A stretch of DNA of 38,281 nt, taken from a virus (lineage: Duplodnaviria > Caudoviricetes). Shown piece after piece: positions 1 to 8,365 of the stretch. Location: IMG/VR virus record IMGVR_UViG_3300010376_000021, positions 1 through 38,281 of that record; one strand, given 5' to 3'. Each line of letters opens with the position of its first letter. Position 1 is the stretch's first letter. The position numbers were made by a program, and so were the translations under genes. The notes under the pieces are model-generated. The model did no database searches. It was not told the origin of the DNA and worked only from the letters and a program-made list of their open reading frames with translations.

Positions 1-123
1 ATCAACCCTGCCGCCATGCCGGGGCAGCCCGGCGGCGGGCAGGCGGCACCGGAGGTGCGCGATGGCGGCTGACCTCTACAAGCGGCCATCCACCCCGCGC
101 GAGCGGATGCAGGACTCCGACGG
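1..123 (+). repeat. Terminal overlap, copy 1 (identical to 38159-38281)
   Basis: Exact 123-nt identity with the window end; cuts through coding sequence, as expected for a circular assembly overlap. Confidence 0.95.
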
Positions 124-313
124 CGGCACCCGCTGCATGGAGACGATCCGCGTCGGCTGCCACGCCTGCAAGAGCGGCCTCACCATCCTCATCTGCGGCC
201 TCGACGCCGGGCACGCTCGACGCCGGGCACGACGGAGAGCTGCACCACGACCAGCTAGACGGCGTGTGGTGGCGCGCGGGCGAGGACGGCAGCGGTGGCT
301 AGCCTCCCAATGA
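62..313 (+). pseudogene. Small Cys/His (Zn-binding) protein frameshifted by a 16-bp tandem duplication
   Basis: SD GGAGG before ATG 62. CTCGACGCCGGGCACG occurs twice (200-215, 216-231); removing one copy gives ...CGLDAGHDGELHHDQLDGVWWRAGEDGSGG* ending at TAG 302. Confidence 0.7.
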
Positions 314-618
314 CCCACGCCGGGCTGCAGAAGGCCGTCACCGACCTCGCCGACTGGCTCGGCATATGGCACTGGCACGACAACGACAGCCGCAAGAACA
401 AGGCCGGGCTGCCAGACCTGCTCCTCATCGGTGGCCCGAGCAACTACGACGGCCCGCGCGAGATGTGGCGTGAGCTGAAGGTGCCGCCCGACGACCTGCG
501 CCCTGCGCAGCGCGAGCTGGGTGACCGGATGATAGCCGCCGGCATCGACTGGGCGGTATGGCGCCCCGAGGACTGGCAGTCAGGCCGCATACGACATGAA
601 CTGGAGGCAATCAGGTGA
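295..618 (+). CDS. VRR-NUC-like nuclease / Holliday junction resolvase
   Basis: GLPDLLL, RELK, LRPAQ and VWRPEDW motifs. Confidence 0.8.
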   Translation: MASLPMTHAGLQKAVTDLADWLGIWHWHDNDSRKNKAGLPDLLLIGGPSNYDGPREMWRELKVPPDDLRPAQRELGDRMIAAGIDWAVWRPEDWQSGRIRHELEAIR

Positions 619-953
619 GGCCATCAGAGGCCAAGATCAGCGCCACCCTGCCCAAGGAGGATGGCCCGAACGGGCTGCACTCCATCGCAGGGCAGCTCGC
701 CCGCGAGCCTGAAGGGCTGCACTACGCCGTCGTCCTCCTTGACACCGGGAAGATCGAGCGGAAATTCGAGATCGACGAGTTTGGTGACCGGTACGAGGTG
801 GAGATCCCGCACGCCCGCATCCGTGCCATCGAGCCGCTCGACGGGCCTGACGCGGCCAGCGCCGCGCACCTCATGGCGACCGGCCGCGCACGGCGCACCG
901 GGGGCCGCGTGCTGCCCCTGTTCGGCGACGTCGCGCCGACGGGGGAGCGATGA
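615..953 (+). CDS. Hypothetical phage protein
   Basis: GTGA overlap, SD GGAGG, high-GC3 codon usage. Confidence 0.75.
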   Translation: MRPSEAKISATLPKEDGPNGLHSIAGQLAREPEGLHYAVVLLDTGKIERKFEIDEFGDRYEVEIPHARIRAIEPLDGPDAASAAHLMATGRARRTGGRVLPLFGDVAPTGER

Positions 954-1150
954 GCCGCTTCGCCAGCCTCGCCGCGCTCGGCCGCGCCATCGCCTCCGTC
1001 GGCAGCGGGGAGGTGGCGCCCGGCGTGATGCGCGAGCAGCCCGCGCCGGCGTTCGTCCCGCCTGCGGGCAAGACGTGGCGCTGCCTGGAGTGCGACGTCA
1101 CGTGGATGGGCGGGCCGCGGTGCTGGTGCTGCGGGCGGAAAAGCGACTAG
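950..1150 (+). CDS. Small Zn-ribbon protein
   Basis: WRCLECDVTW...CWCCG; ATGA overlap. Confidence 0.7.
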   Translation: MSRFASLAALGRAIASVGSGEVAPGVMREQPAPAFVPPAGKTWRCLECDVTWMGGPRCWCCGRKSD

Positions 1151-1162
1151 GGGAGGGTTGAC

Positions 1163-1864
1163 GTGAATGACCTGAAGGCGATCACGACGCCATATGACGG
1201 ATGCCTGTTCCGTTCAAGGCGCGAGGCCAGGTGGGCGGTCTTCTTTAATGCTGCCGGCATTCCCTGGGAATACGAGCCGCAGGGCTACGACCTCGGAGGA
1301 GCAGGATGGTACCTTCCGGATTTCCGCATCAACGCGGATACGCATTCGGAACTTTTCTTCGAAGTCAAGGGCCAGATTCCGACGCGAGATGAGCTCACCA
1401 AGGCGGAGGCGCTTGCCGAGCAATCCAAGCTGCACGTCTACGTGTACTTCGCGCAACCCAAGGTGCCTGCGCCGCCATCCCTGGCCGAGATGGGTTTTGA
1501 GATGTACTGGCGGGGACTGAGCCAGCGCATCGAGAGGGACATAGCCAGGGAATGGCTTAAGGATCCAGCGACAATCGGACTTCCGGTCGAGCAACTTTCG
1601 CTCTTTCGCACGTGGATCGATGACCTTGAGGCCACGGCTTATGCCGTCTTCAGGATGCGGGACGGTGGTTGCGAATCGCGTAAGAACGCCTTGTGGTGGA
1701 CGGATTGTCCGCATTGCGGACTCGTCGTGCCGAAGCTGTGGGGGCAAGTCGGCTGCTGCCCCGGTGGCGGTGATTCCGACTACCCGTCCTTTCGCTACGC
1801 GACCAAACGGCTGCTGGACGCCTACGACGCGGCCAGGTCGGCGCGCTTTACGAAGGGGGCATAG
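1163..1864 (+). CDS. PD-(D/E)XK-like nuclease domain protein
   Basis: FRSRREARWAVFF...WEYEPQGY...YLPDF...EVKG; visibly lower GC. Confidence 0.75.
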   Translation: MNDLKAITTPYDGCLFRSRREARWAVFFNAAGIPWEYEPQGYDLGGAGWYLPDFRINADTHSELFFEVKGQIPTRDELTKAEALAEQSKLHVYVYFAQPKVPAPPSLAEMGFEMYWRGLSQRIERDIAREWLKDPATIGLPVEQLSLFRTWIDDLEATAYAVFRMRDGGCESRKNALWWTDCPHCGLVVPKLWGQVGCCPGGGDSDYPSFRYATKRLLDAYDAARSARFTKGA

Positions 1865-2755
1865 GTGCGCCGCAGCGAGATTTTCGTCCCGCTGTCAATC
1901 GACTTCCCCGACAACGCGAAGGTGCGGGCGCTTGTTCGCTACGGGAGGGAAGCCCGTGCCGCGCGTGACCTGTACGTGCAGATGCTGCTGTACTGCAAGC
2001 GCACCAAGTCTGACGGGTTCGTGCCTGATGAGCAGCTCGGGCTGCTGGTCTACCCGGATTCGCTCAAGGCCGCGCGGCACGATGCCAGTCACCTGGCCGA
2101 CGTTGGCCTGATCGAGCGTGGCGCTAACGGCTGGCTGCTGCCTGGCTGGCTCGAGCGCAACCCCTCCCGGGCGTCGATCGACGCCAAATCCGCGGCCAAG
2201 TCGCGCGGAGCACGGCACGCAAACCACAAGCGCTGGCATGACACGAAATCGCCAGACCCGGATTGTGAATGGTGTCGAAGTACTGATCAGACATCTGATC
2301 AGACACCCGATTGGCTATCTGATGATGAACCGACCAACCACCGACAACGGTCTGAATCCACAGAGACAGAGACAGAGACAGAGACAGAGACAGAGACAGA
2401 GACAGAGACAGAGACAAGTAAAAAACCACTTGGCCGGCAAGCCGGCCGGCGGTTGCCCGAACCAGGCTCTGACGGTGACCCCGACTTCGCCGCGTTCTGG
2501 GAGGCCTACCCGCGCAAGGTCGCCAAAGGCGCCGCCCGCCGCGCCTGGAAATCCGCCGTGACCACGAAGGGTGCCGATCCGAAAGCAGTCATCCTCGCCG
2601 CCGAGCGCTACCGCGACGACCCGCGTCGCAAGGCCAAGGACATTGACCTCACGGCGCACCCCGCGACGTGGCTCAACGGCGAGCGCTGGCTTGAGCACCA
2701 AGACCAGGCATCCCCCGCTGGGCGGCAGTGCATGACCTTTCCGTGGGACAACTGA
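1865..2755 (+). CDS. Phage replication initiator / replisome organiser
   Basis: N-terminal winged-helix-like region, (TE)n linker, C-terminal FWEAYPRKVAK...HPATWLNGERW motif. Confidence 0.75.
   Translation: MRRSEIFVPLSIDFPDNAKVRALVRYGREARAARDLYVQMLLYCKRTKSDGFVPDEQLGLLVYPDSLKAARHDASHLADVGLIERGANGWLLPGWLERNPSRASIDAKSAAKSRGARHANHKRWHDTKSPDPDCEWCRSTDQTSDQTPDWLSDDEPTNHRQRSESTETETETETETETETETETSKKPLGRQAGRRLPEPGSDGDPDFAAFWEAYPRKVAKGAARRAWKSAVTTKGADPKAVILAAERYRDDPRRKAKDIDLTAHPATWLNGERWLEHQDQASPAGRQCMTFPWDN
2360..2416 (+). repeat. (ACAGAG)9 ACA microsatellite encoding (TE)n
   Basis: Read directly from the sequence. Confidence 0.95.
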
Positions 2756-4344
2756 TGGACCAAGATCCCCTCACGGACGTGCTCCTGCCACGGCTCCCCG
2801 GCGCGCGCTTCAGTGCACAGCGGATCACCGCGCCCTGCCCGAACCCAAGTCACGGCGGCGGCAAGGGTGACCGCAACCCCAGCTTGTCAGCCGGGCGCGG
2901 GACCACCCAGCCCATCGTCATTCACTGCCACGCCGGGTGCGACTCCGATGACGTCCTAGCCGCCATCGGCCTGACATGGGCCGACCTCGGCGACGACGAA
3001 GAGAAGGCCCAGCGCCCCGCAGGCGAGTGGACGCCATTCGGCGAGGCGGTAGCCGTATACGACTACACCGACGAGGCCGGGACCCTGCTGTTCCAGGTAC
3101 TCCGGACGAAGGACAAGCAGTTCCCTCAGCGCCGGCCCGACCGTTCCAGGAAAACGGGCTGGAACTGGAAGCTCGATGACACCCGCCGCGTCCTGTACAA
3201 TCTCCCGAAGGTCATCGAGGCGGTAACGGACGGCGAAATCATCTGGGTGGCCGAGGGCGAGAAAGACGTCCAGGCCCTCGAGCGCGCAGGCGCCACCGCA
3301 ACGTGCAATCCCGGCGGCGCCGGGAAGTGGCGCCCAGAGTACGCCGAGTTCCTCCGCGACGCTCGGGTGTTCATCGTCGCCGACAAGGACAAGCCTGGCC
3401 AGGCACACGCCCGGCAGGTAGCGGCCAGCCTGGAGGGCATTGCCAACGCCGTCTACGTGATGGAGGCCGCAGGCGCGCACAAAGATGCCGCCGCGCACCT
3501 TGGAGCCGGGCTGACCCTCACTGACTTCGAGGTCACCTACGAGCAGGGTGACGCACCGCCAGACCTGGCACCCGACCTGCATGAGTTCCTCGCCATCGAG
3601 GACCCCGACAACGACTGGATCATCCCCGGCCTCCTCGAGCGCGGCGACCGGCTCATCTGGACCGGATTCGAGGGACTCGGCAAGTCCGTCATCGTCCGGC
3701 AGCTCGCCATCTGCGCCGCCGCCGGACTCCATCCCTTCGATCCAAGGGAACCGGTCAAGCAGCAGCGCGTTCTGTTCATCGACTGCGAGAACCCCGACCG
3801 CAAGTCACGCCGCCACTTTCGCAAGCTCGAATACACCGCCCGCATAAAGGGCATGCGAGTCCCCGATGGCGCGTTCCGCATCATCCAGCAGCCCGCAGGC
3901 ATCGACCTGACCCGCGACGAGGACGCCGCCTGGCTACTCGAGCGTGTCACCGCCCACAAGCCGGACCTCCTCGTGATCGGCCCGTTCTACAGGTTGCATG
4001 CCGCGGACACCAACGACGAGAGGGCCGCCCGAACTGTCGTGTCCGCACTCGATGCCGCCCGGATCAAGGCTGACTGCGCACTGGTCACCGAGGCACACGC
4101 CGGCCACGGGGCAGGCTACGAGCGCAGCGTCCGACCCGTTGGCTCGAGCCTGCTCATGCGCTGGCCCGAGTTCGGCTACGGAATCAAGCCGGCACCCACC
4201 TCGGAGCCTGACGAGCAAGGCCGGTGCCGCCACGTCTCGGTAACGGCCTGGCGCGGCCCGCGAGAGGAACGCGACTGGCCACGCGAGCTGATCTGGGGCA
4301 CCCACGACGACGACTGGCCGTGGATCCCGGCCGGATGGAGGTAA
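2755..4344 (+). CDS. Primase-helicase (Zn finger + Toprim + AAA_25/RepA helicase)
   Basis: CPNPSH...HCHAGC; VAEGEKD and ADKDKPG Toprim motifs; Walker A GFEGLGKS; TGATG overlap at 2753. Confidence 0.88.
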   Translation: MDQDPLTDVLLPRLPGARFSAQRITAPCPNPSHGGGKGDRNPSLSAGRGTTQPIVIHCHAGCDSDDVLAAIGLTWADLGDDEEKAQRPAGEWTPFGEAVAVYDYTDEAGTLLFQVLRTKDKQFPQRRPDRSRKTGWNWKLDDTRRVLYNLPKVIEAVTDGEIIWVAEGEKDVQALERAGATATCNPGGAGKWRPEYAEFLRDARVFIVADKDKPGQAHARQVAASLEGIANAVYVMEAAGAHKDAAAHLGAGLTLTDFEVTYEQGDAPPDLAPDLHEFLAIEDPDNDWIIPGLLERGDRLIWTGFEGLGKSVIVRQLAICAAAGLHPFDPREPVKQQRVLFIDCENPDRKSRRHFRKLEYTARIKGMRVPDGAFRIIQQPAGIDLTRDEDAAWLLERVTAHKPDLLVIGPFYRLHAADTNDERAARTVVSALDAARIKADCALVTEAHAGHGAGYERSVRPVGSSLLMRWPEFGYGIKPAPTSEPDEQGRCRHVSVTAWRGPREERDWPRELIWGTHDDDWPWIPAGWR

Positions 4345-4346
4345 TC

Positions 4347-4637
4347 ATGAGCACCCTCGCTGTCTCGCCATCGCTGGCTGACGCCTGCCCGCGCTGCCAT
4401 CCCGGCGACGCGCCCGCAGCCGTGCCGCGCGAGGTCTGCATCGACGATGTCGCGCTTTGCGTCCGCTACACCTGCCCGGTCTGCGGGCAAGCGTGGCGCA
4501 CATGGTGGGAACTGGCCGCCGTATGGCCAGTGCGCCGTGAGTCAGTCGAGCCAGCCACTGCCCTGCTGGACAGGCTGATCGCCGTTCTCGCGAATGCGCT
4601 GGACGGCGAGGAAATGGAAACCGCAAGCGGCAGCTAA
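4347..4637 (+). CDS. Small Zn-finger protein
   Basis: CPRC...YTCPVCG; SD GGAGG. Confidence 0.7.
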   Translation: MSTLAVSPSLADACPRCHPGDAPAAVPREVCIDDVALCVRYTCPVCGQAWRTWWELAAVWPVRRESVEPATALLDRLIAVLANALDGEEMETASGS

Positions 4638-4698
4638 TCGCCGCCGAGAACGACACGTGGCGCAACAAGGCGCCCGCCAAGTGAATGGGGAAAGTGAA

Positions 4699-5025
4699 AT
4701 GAGCGAATGGGACGACCCGCAGCGCCGGGCCGAAGAGGGGATTGACGACGGCGGGAAATCACCCGGCGAGCACGCCTACGAGGCATGGCGAGCCGCGACG
4801 CAGGCTAAGGGCATCGACGTCGACCCGTGGGACTGCCTGCCCGGCTACGACCAGGCCGCATGGGAGGCCACCGTGCAGGCCGTCCTTGACGCGGCGTTCC
4901 CCGGCCTGAAGCGCCAGCGCGGCGAGCTCGCCGCCACCGTCAAGGCGCAGGCCGACGAGATCGGCTCGCTGCGGCAGGCGCTGGCGCAGGCGCAGGCGCG
5001 GCTCGCCCGCGAGGACGACCTGTGA
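4699..5025 (+). CDS. Hypothetical protein with coiled-coil C-terminus
   Basis: PGEHAYEAW...PWDCL...AWEA pattern; codon usage. Confidence 0.7.
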   Translation: MSEWDDPQRRAEEGIDDGGKSPGEHAYEAWRAATQAKGIDVDPWDCLPGYDQAAWEATVQAVLDAAFPGLKRQRGELAATVKAQADEIGSLRQALAQAQARLAREDDL

Positions 5026-5684
5026 GCGGCACCTATCCCGGCATCCACCCCGAGACGCCGCTGGGCTCGCCGTCACGCGAGCCGTTCCCGCTGCTGGCCG
5101 CGAGCGAGGAAATCCACCGGCTGCACGGCGAGAACGCCCGGCTGCGCGAGCAGCTTGAGCGGGCCGACGCCGACCACCAGGAGTTCGTCGCCGAGATCCT
5201 CCGCAACGCGGGCGATCCCATCCCCGGCGCTGGCGAGTCGCCCGAGTACCGCGCCCAGGAGTACGTCCGGTTCCTGGAGACCGTGCGCGGCCGGCTGCAG
5301 CGCGAGGACGCCGACGAACCTGCCCGCGTCGCCGTGCTCGACGAGATCATCGCCGAGCGCGACAAGGCGTACCGCGAGCGCGACGAGGCCCGCAAGGCGT
5401 TCACCGCCCTCGCCAGCTACTTCCATAAGACCGACCAGGGATGGAAGGCCCGCATCGCCGGCGCCGTGCTCCACCGGCTGTGCGTCAACGCCATGTGCGA
5501 GCCGCCAGACGGCAGCGGGCAGGAGGCGGACCCGGCGCAGGAGCTGCGCAGCCTCATCGCCGACATCCTCCAGTCCATGCCCGACACCACCGACGAGCCC
5601 GAGTGGCGCGACCGCGCCGGGCAGCTCGGCGTCACCTACCCCGACGGCACCCCGTACCGCGCATGGACGGAGGACGACCTGTGA
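5022..5684 (+). CDS. Hypothetical coiled-coil protein
   Basis: GTGA overlaps at both ends; strong GC3 bias. Confidence 0.75.
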   Translation: MSGTYPGIHPETPLGSPSREPFPLLAASEEIHRLHGENARLREQLERADADHQEFVAEILRNAGDPIPGAGESPEYRAQEYVRFLETVRGRLQREDADEPARVAVLDEIIAERDKAYRERDEARKAFTALASYFHKTDQGWKARIAGAVLHRLCVNAMCEPPDGSGQEADPAQELRSLIADILQSMPDTTDEPEWRDRAGQLGVTYPDGTPYRAWTEDDL

Positions 5685-5827
5685 CCGGCCCGTACGCCAC
5701 CTTCACCGACGCCGCCCGCCGCGTCGACGCCCTCAAGCAGCAAGGCCGCTGGCCCGGCATCGTGCAGCACGCCGACGGCACGTACTCGCTCACGTGGGAC
5801 CCGGCGGAAGCGGCGGTGAAGCAATGA
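5681..5827 (+). CDS. Small hypothetical protein
   Basis: GTGA/ATGA overlaps, SD GGAGG. Confidence 0.65.
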   Translation: MTGPYATFTDAARRVDALKQQGRWPGIVQHADGTYSLTWDPAEAAVKQ

Positions 5828-6003
5828 GCCGCGAGGCTGCGTTGCTCGCCGCCATGGCCGTGGCGTTCATCGCGCTCGTCATCTGGGCCGCGATGCGCCC
5901 GGGCGCGGTTTGCGGGGCGCACTCGCACCGCGTCATCGTGACGCGGATGCCCGTCCCCGTCGCGACCGCCACCATGCGGCCCGTCTGGGGGTGCGGCACG
6001 TGA
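5824..6003 (+). CDS. Small membrane protein
   Basis: Hydrophobic AALLAAMAVAFIALVIWAAM; overlaps both neighbours. Confidence 0.65.
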   Translation: MSREAALLAAMAVAFIALVIWAAMRPGAVCGAHSHRVIVTRMPVPVATATMRPVWGCGT

Positions 6004-6089
6004 GAACGGCCACGCCGAGCCCAGGCAGCGACGACGCCCTAGCACTCGGCTGCAAGTGCCCGGTCCTCCACGCGCCCGGGGAGGACTAG
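6000..6089 (+). CDS. 29-aa Cys-containing peptide (MRTATPSPGSDDALALGCKCPVLHAPGED), possibly a truncated remnant
   Basis: GTGA overlap at 6000, TAG at 6087; PGSD..ALGCxCPV resembles a small phage protein motif. Confidence 0.45.
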   Translation: MRTATPSPGSDDALALGCKCPVLHAPGED

Positions 6090-6159
6090 TGGCCTGCTCA
6101 CTGTGCGGGCCATGCGCCGACGCCACCGACAAGCTCGGCCAGGACGCCAGGAAGCCGCG

Positions 6160-7065
6160 ATGAGCGACGCCCTGCAAGCGCCGTTCCCGTGGTTCGGCGG
6201 CAAGCGCCGCGCCGCAGGCATGGCATGGGCCGCGCTCGGCGACCCCGGCGGCTACGTCGAGCCGTTCGCCGGCTCTGCCGCCGTCCTCCTCGCTCGCCCG
6301 CGCGTCACCGGCAGGCGCGTAGAGACGATCAACGACGCCGACGGCTGGCTCGTCAACGCCTGGCGCTCCATCCAGCTATCGCCCGCCGACGTGGCCGCCA
6401 GCGCCTACGGCCCGGTGACGGAGATCGACTACCACGCCCGGCTAGCGTGGCTGCAGGAGCGGCGCACCCCTGACCTCGTGTCGTGGCTCGAGGGCGACCC
6501 GCGCCACCACGACCCGCAGGCCGCAGGCTGGTGGCTGTACGTGCTGGCGTGCGGCATCGGCGACCCATTCGGCCCCGGCCCGTGGCGAGTCATAGACGGG
6601 CATTTCCGCAAGCTGCCTCACCTCGGCGACGCGGGGCGGGGCGGCCTAATCGCCTACATGGAGGCGCTCGCCGCGCGCCTCGCACGCGTCCGCATCACCT
6701 GCGGCGACTGGCGGCGCGTCCTCACCCCCTCGGCAATCCGCGCCACCGCAGGAAACGGCATCGTCGGCGCCTTCCTCGACCCGCCCTACGACACCAGCAC
6801 CAGCCTCTACGCCGAGTCATCCGACGGCATAGCCGCCGCCGTCCGCGACTGGTGCGCCACCGCGCCCCGCGAGTACCGAATCGTGCTCTGCGGCTACGGC
6901 GACGACCACGACGCGCTCATCGAGCACGGCTGGCGCAAGCAAGCCGGACGCGCAGGAGGCGGCGCAGGCTACTCCGCCGACCCCCGCGCAGGACGCCGCG
7001 AGCGTATGTGGCTGTCACCCGCATGCCTCGGCGACGACCTGTTCACCACCGAGGAGAGTGCATGA
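6160..7065 (+). CDS. DNA adenine methyltransferase (Dam/D12 class)
   Basis: PFPWFGGK, YVEPFAGSAAV (motif I), ETIND, LDPPY (motif IV). Confidence 0.9.
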   Translation: MSDALQAPFPWFGGKRRAAGMAWAALGDPGGYVEPFAGSAAVLLARPRVTGRRVETINDADGWLVNAWRSIQLSPADVAASAYGPVTEIDYHARLAWLQERRTPDLVSWLEGDPRHHDPQAAGWWLYVLACGIGDPFGPGPWRVIDGHFRKLPHLGDAGRGGLIAYMEALAARLARVRITCGDWRRVLTPSAIRATAGNGIVGAFLDPPYDTSTSLYAESSDGIAAAVRDWCATAPREYRIVLCGYGDDHDALIEHGWRKQAGRAGGGAGYSADPRAGRRERMWLSPACLGDDLFTTEESA

Positions 7066-7310
7066 CTGACCAGCCCGTGCAGTCCTCCGTCATCGAGCGG
7101 AACGGCATCACCACCCGCCGCGACCACTACGACGACAACACCGACCACGTCAAAGCCGCCGTCACCGGCTCCGGCGCCACCATCTCCATGACCCCCGCCC
7201 AAGCCCACGAGCTACTCGACCAGCTCGCATGGCAACTCGGCAGGCCAGACATCATCGAGCGCCACCGGCACAAGCCGGAACGACGCGAGCAGCCCAGCAG
7301 GAGGACATGA
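7062..7310 (+). CDS. Hypothetical protein
   Basis: ATGA overlaps, SD GAGGAG. Confidence 0.65.
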   Translation: MTDQPVQSSVIERNGITTRRDHYDDNTDHVKAAVTGSGATISMTPAQAHELLDQLAWQLGRPDIIERHRHKPERREQPSRRT

Positions 7311-7714
7311 TGCCCGACATCTTCGGAGGCCTCGTCCGCGAATGGGACGAGCTCACCCACCCGCACGGCCCGCAGCCAGCAGCGCCAGCCAGCACCGAAA
7401 ATGAGAACACCACCACACAGGAGGAACCCGACATGCAGATCACCGCCGTCGCAGCCGACATCAAGACCGCCGCCGAGAACGCCGACCAGTGGCTCAAGGA
7501 AGTCACCGAAACCCACCTCCCAGGCATCCTCGCCCAGGCCGCCAAGTACGAGGCATCACCCATCGTCCAGGCCCTCGAGGGCGTAGTCCTGCCGCCAGAG
7601 GTCGAGGCAGGACTCGCGGCCACGATCAAGGGGCTTGCCGCCGCGTACCCGGCGGCGCAGGCGTCGTCCGCCGCGGGCGACGCGCAGGCCGTCACGGCGG
7701 CACCGCAGCAGTGA
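7307..7714 (+). CDS. Hypothetical protein with a probable second in-frame start at 7433
   Basis: SD AGGAGG before both ATG 7307/7310 and ATG 7433. Confidence 0.7.
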   Translation: MMPDIFGGLVREWDELTHPHGPQPAAPASTENENTTTQEEPDMQITAVAADIKTAAENADQWLKEVTETHLPGILAQAAKYEASPIVQALEGVVLPPEVEAGLAATIKGLAAAYPAAQASSAAGDAQAVTAAPQQ

Positions 7715-7923
7715 CCCGCGATCAGCTCGACGCCGAGCGCAGTGCCGTCATCCGGCGGCACTGCCCCGCGCTCGGCGGCGTGGCGCTACAGGCGCTGCTG
7801 GACGACTTGGCCGCTCTCGACCTAGACGTCCTGCCCGCGACCAACGGCGAGCAGGCCAGCCAGCCAGCACGGCCGCAGCCAGCCAAGGCCAAGCCCAGCC
7901 ACACCCGCCCAGCCAGGCGCTAG
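7711..7923 (+). CDS. Small hypothetical protein
   Basis: GTGA overlap; fills the gap before HNH. Confidence 0.55.
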   Translation: MTRDQLDAERSAVIRRHCPALGGVALQALLDDLAALDLDVLPATNGEQASQPARPQPAKAKPSHTRPARR

Positions 7924-7925
7924 CC

Positions 7926-8219
7926 ATGCCCTGGACCGGCTACCCCAGCAGCCCTGCCTACGGCACCCAGGCGTGGAAACGGGCCAGGCTAGCCTGCCTC
8001 CGCCGTGCCCGCTACCGGTGCGAGCTGAGGCTCGACGGATGCCAGGGAGCCGCCAGCCAGGCCGACCACGTCGACGGCCTGGCCAACGACCCGGAGCACA
8101 AGAACCTCCGGGCCGTCTGCGCCAGCTGCCACGGCAAGCGGACGGCACAGCAGGCAAGCGAGGCACGCCGGGGGCGCAGGGGAGACCCGGCGCCAATGTC
8201 GCGAATCATCTTCGAGTGA
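7926..8219 (+). CDS. HNH endonuclease (packaging-associated type)
   Basis: CELRLDGC...ADHVD...NLRAVCASCHGKRT. Confidence 0.9.
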   Translation: MPWTGYPSSPAYGTQAWKRARLACLRRARYRCELRLDGCQGAASQADHVDGLANDPEHKNLRAVCASCHGKRTAQQASEARRGRRGDPAPMSRIIFE

Positions 8220-8365
8220 CGTGTTCGAAATACGCACATCATCATTTCGAATATCATGCATGCGCTGAAAAAAAAGTCCAGCGAAGGGGGCATTGCCAGA
8301 GCTTGCCCCCTCCCGTCCCCCTCCCCGGGGTGTTCAGCCACGGCCGCCCTTGTCACTCAAGGTGA
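8220..8365. other. Candidate cos/packaging site and terminator between convergent HNH and terL
   Basis: Non-coding. Inverted repeat TTCGAAAT/ATTTCGAA (8224-8251), A8 run (8268-8275), 8-bp hairpin (8285-8311), C-rich tract (8306-8326). Confidence 0.5.

Noticed and set aside
1-123. Terminal repeat as a biological direct terminal repeat
   Set aside because: It cuts through coding genes and looks like a circular assembly overlap; the HNH/terminase context points to cos ends elsewhere
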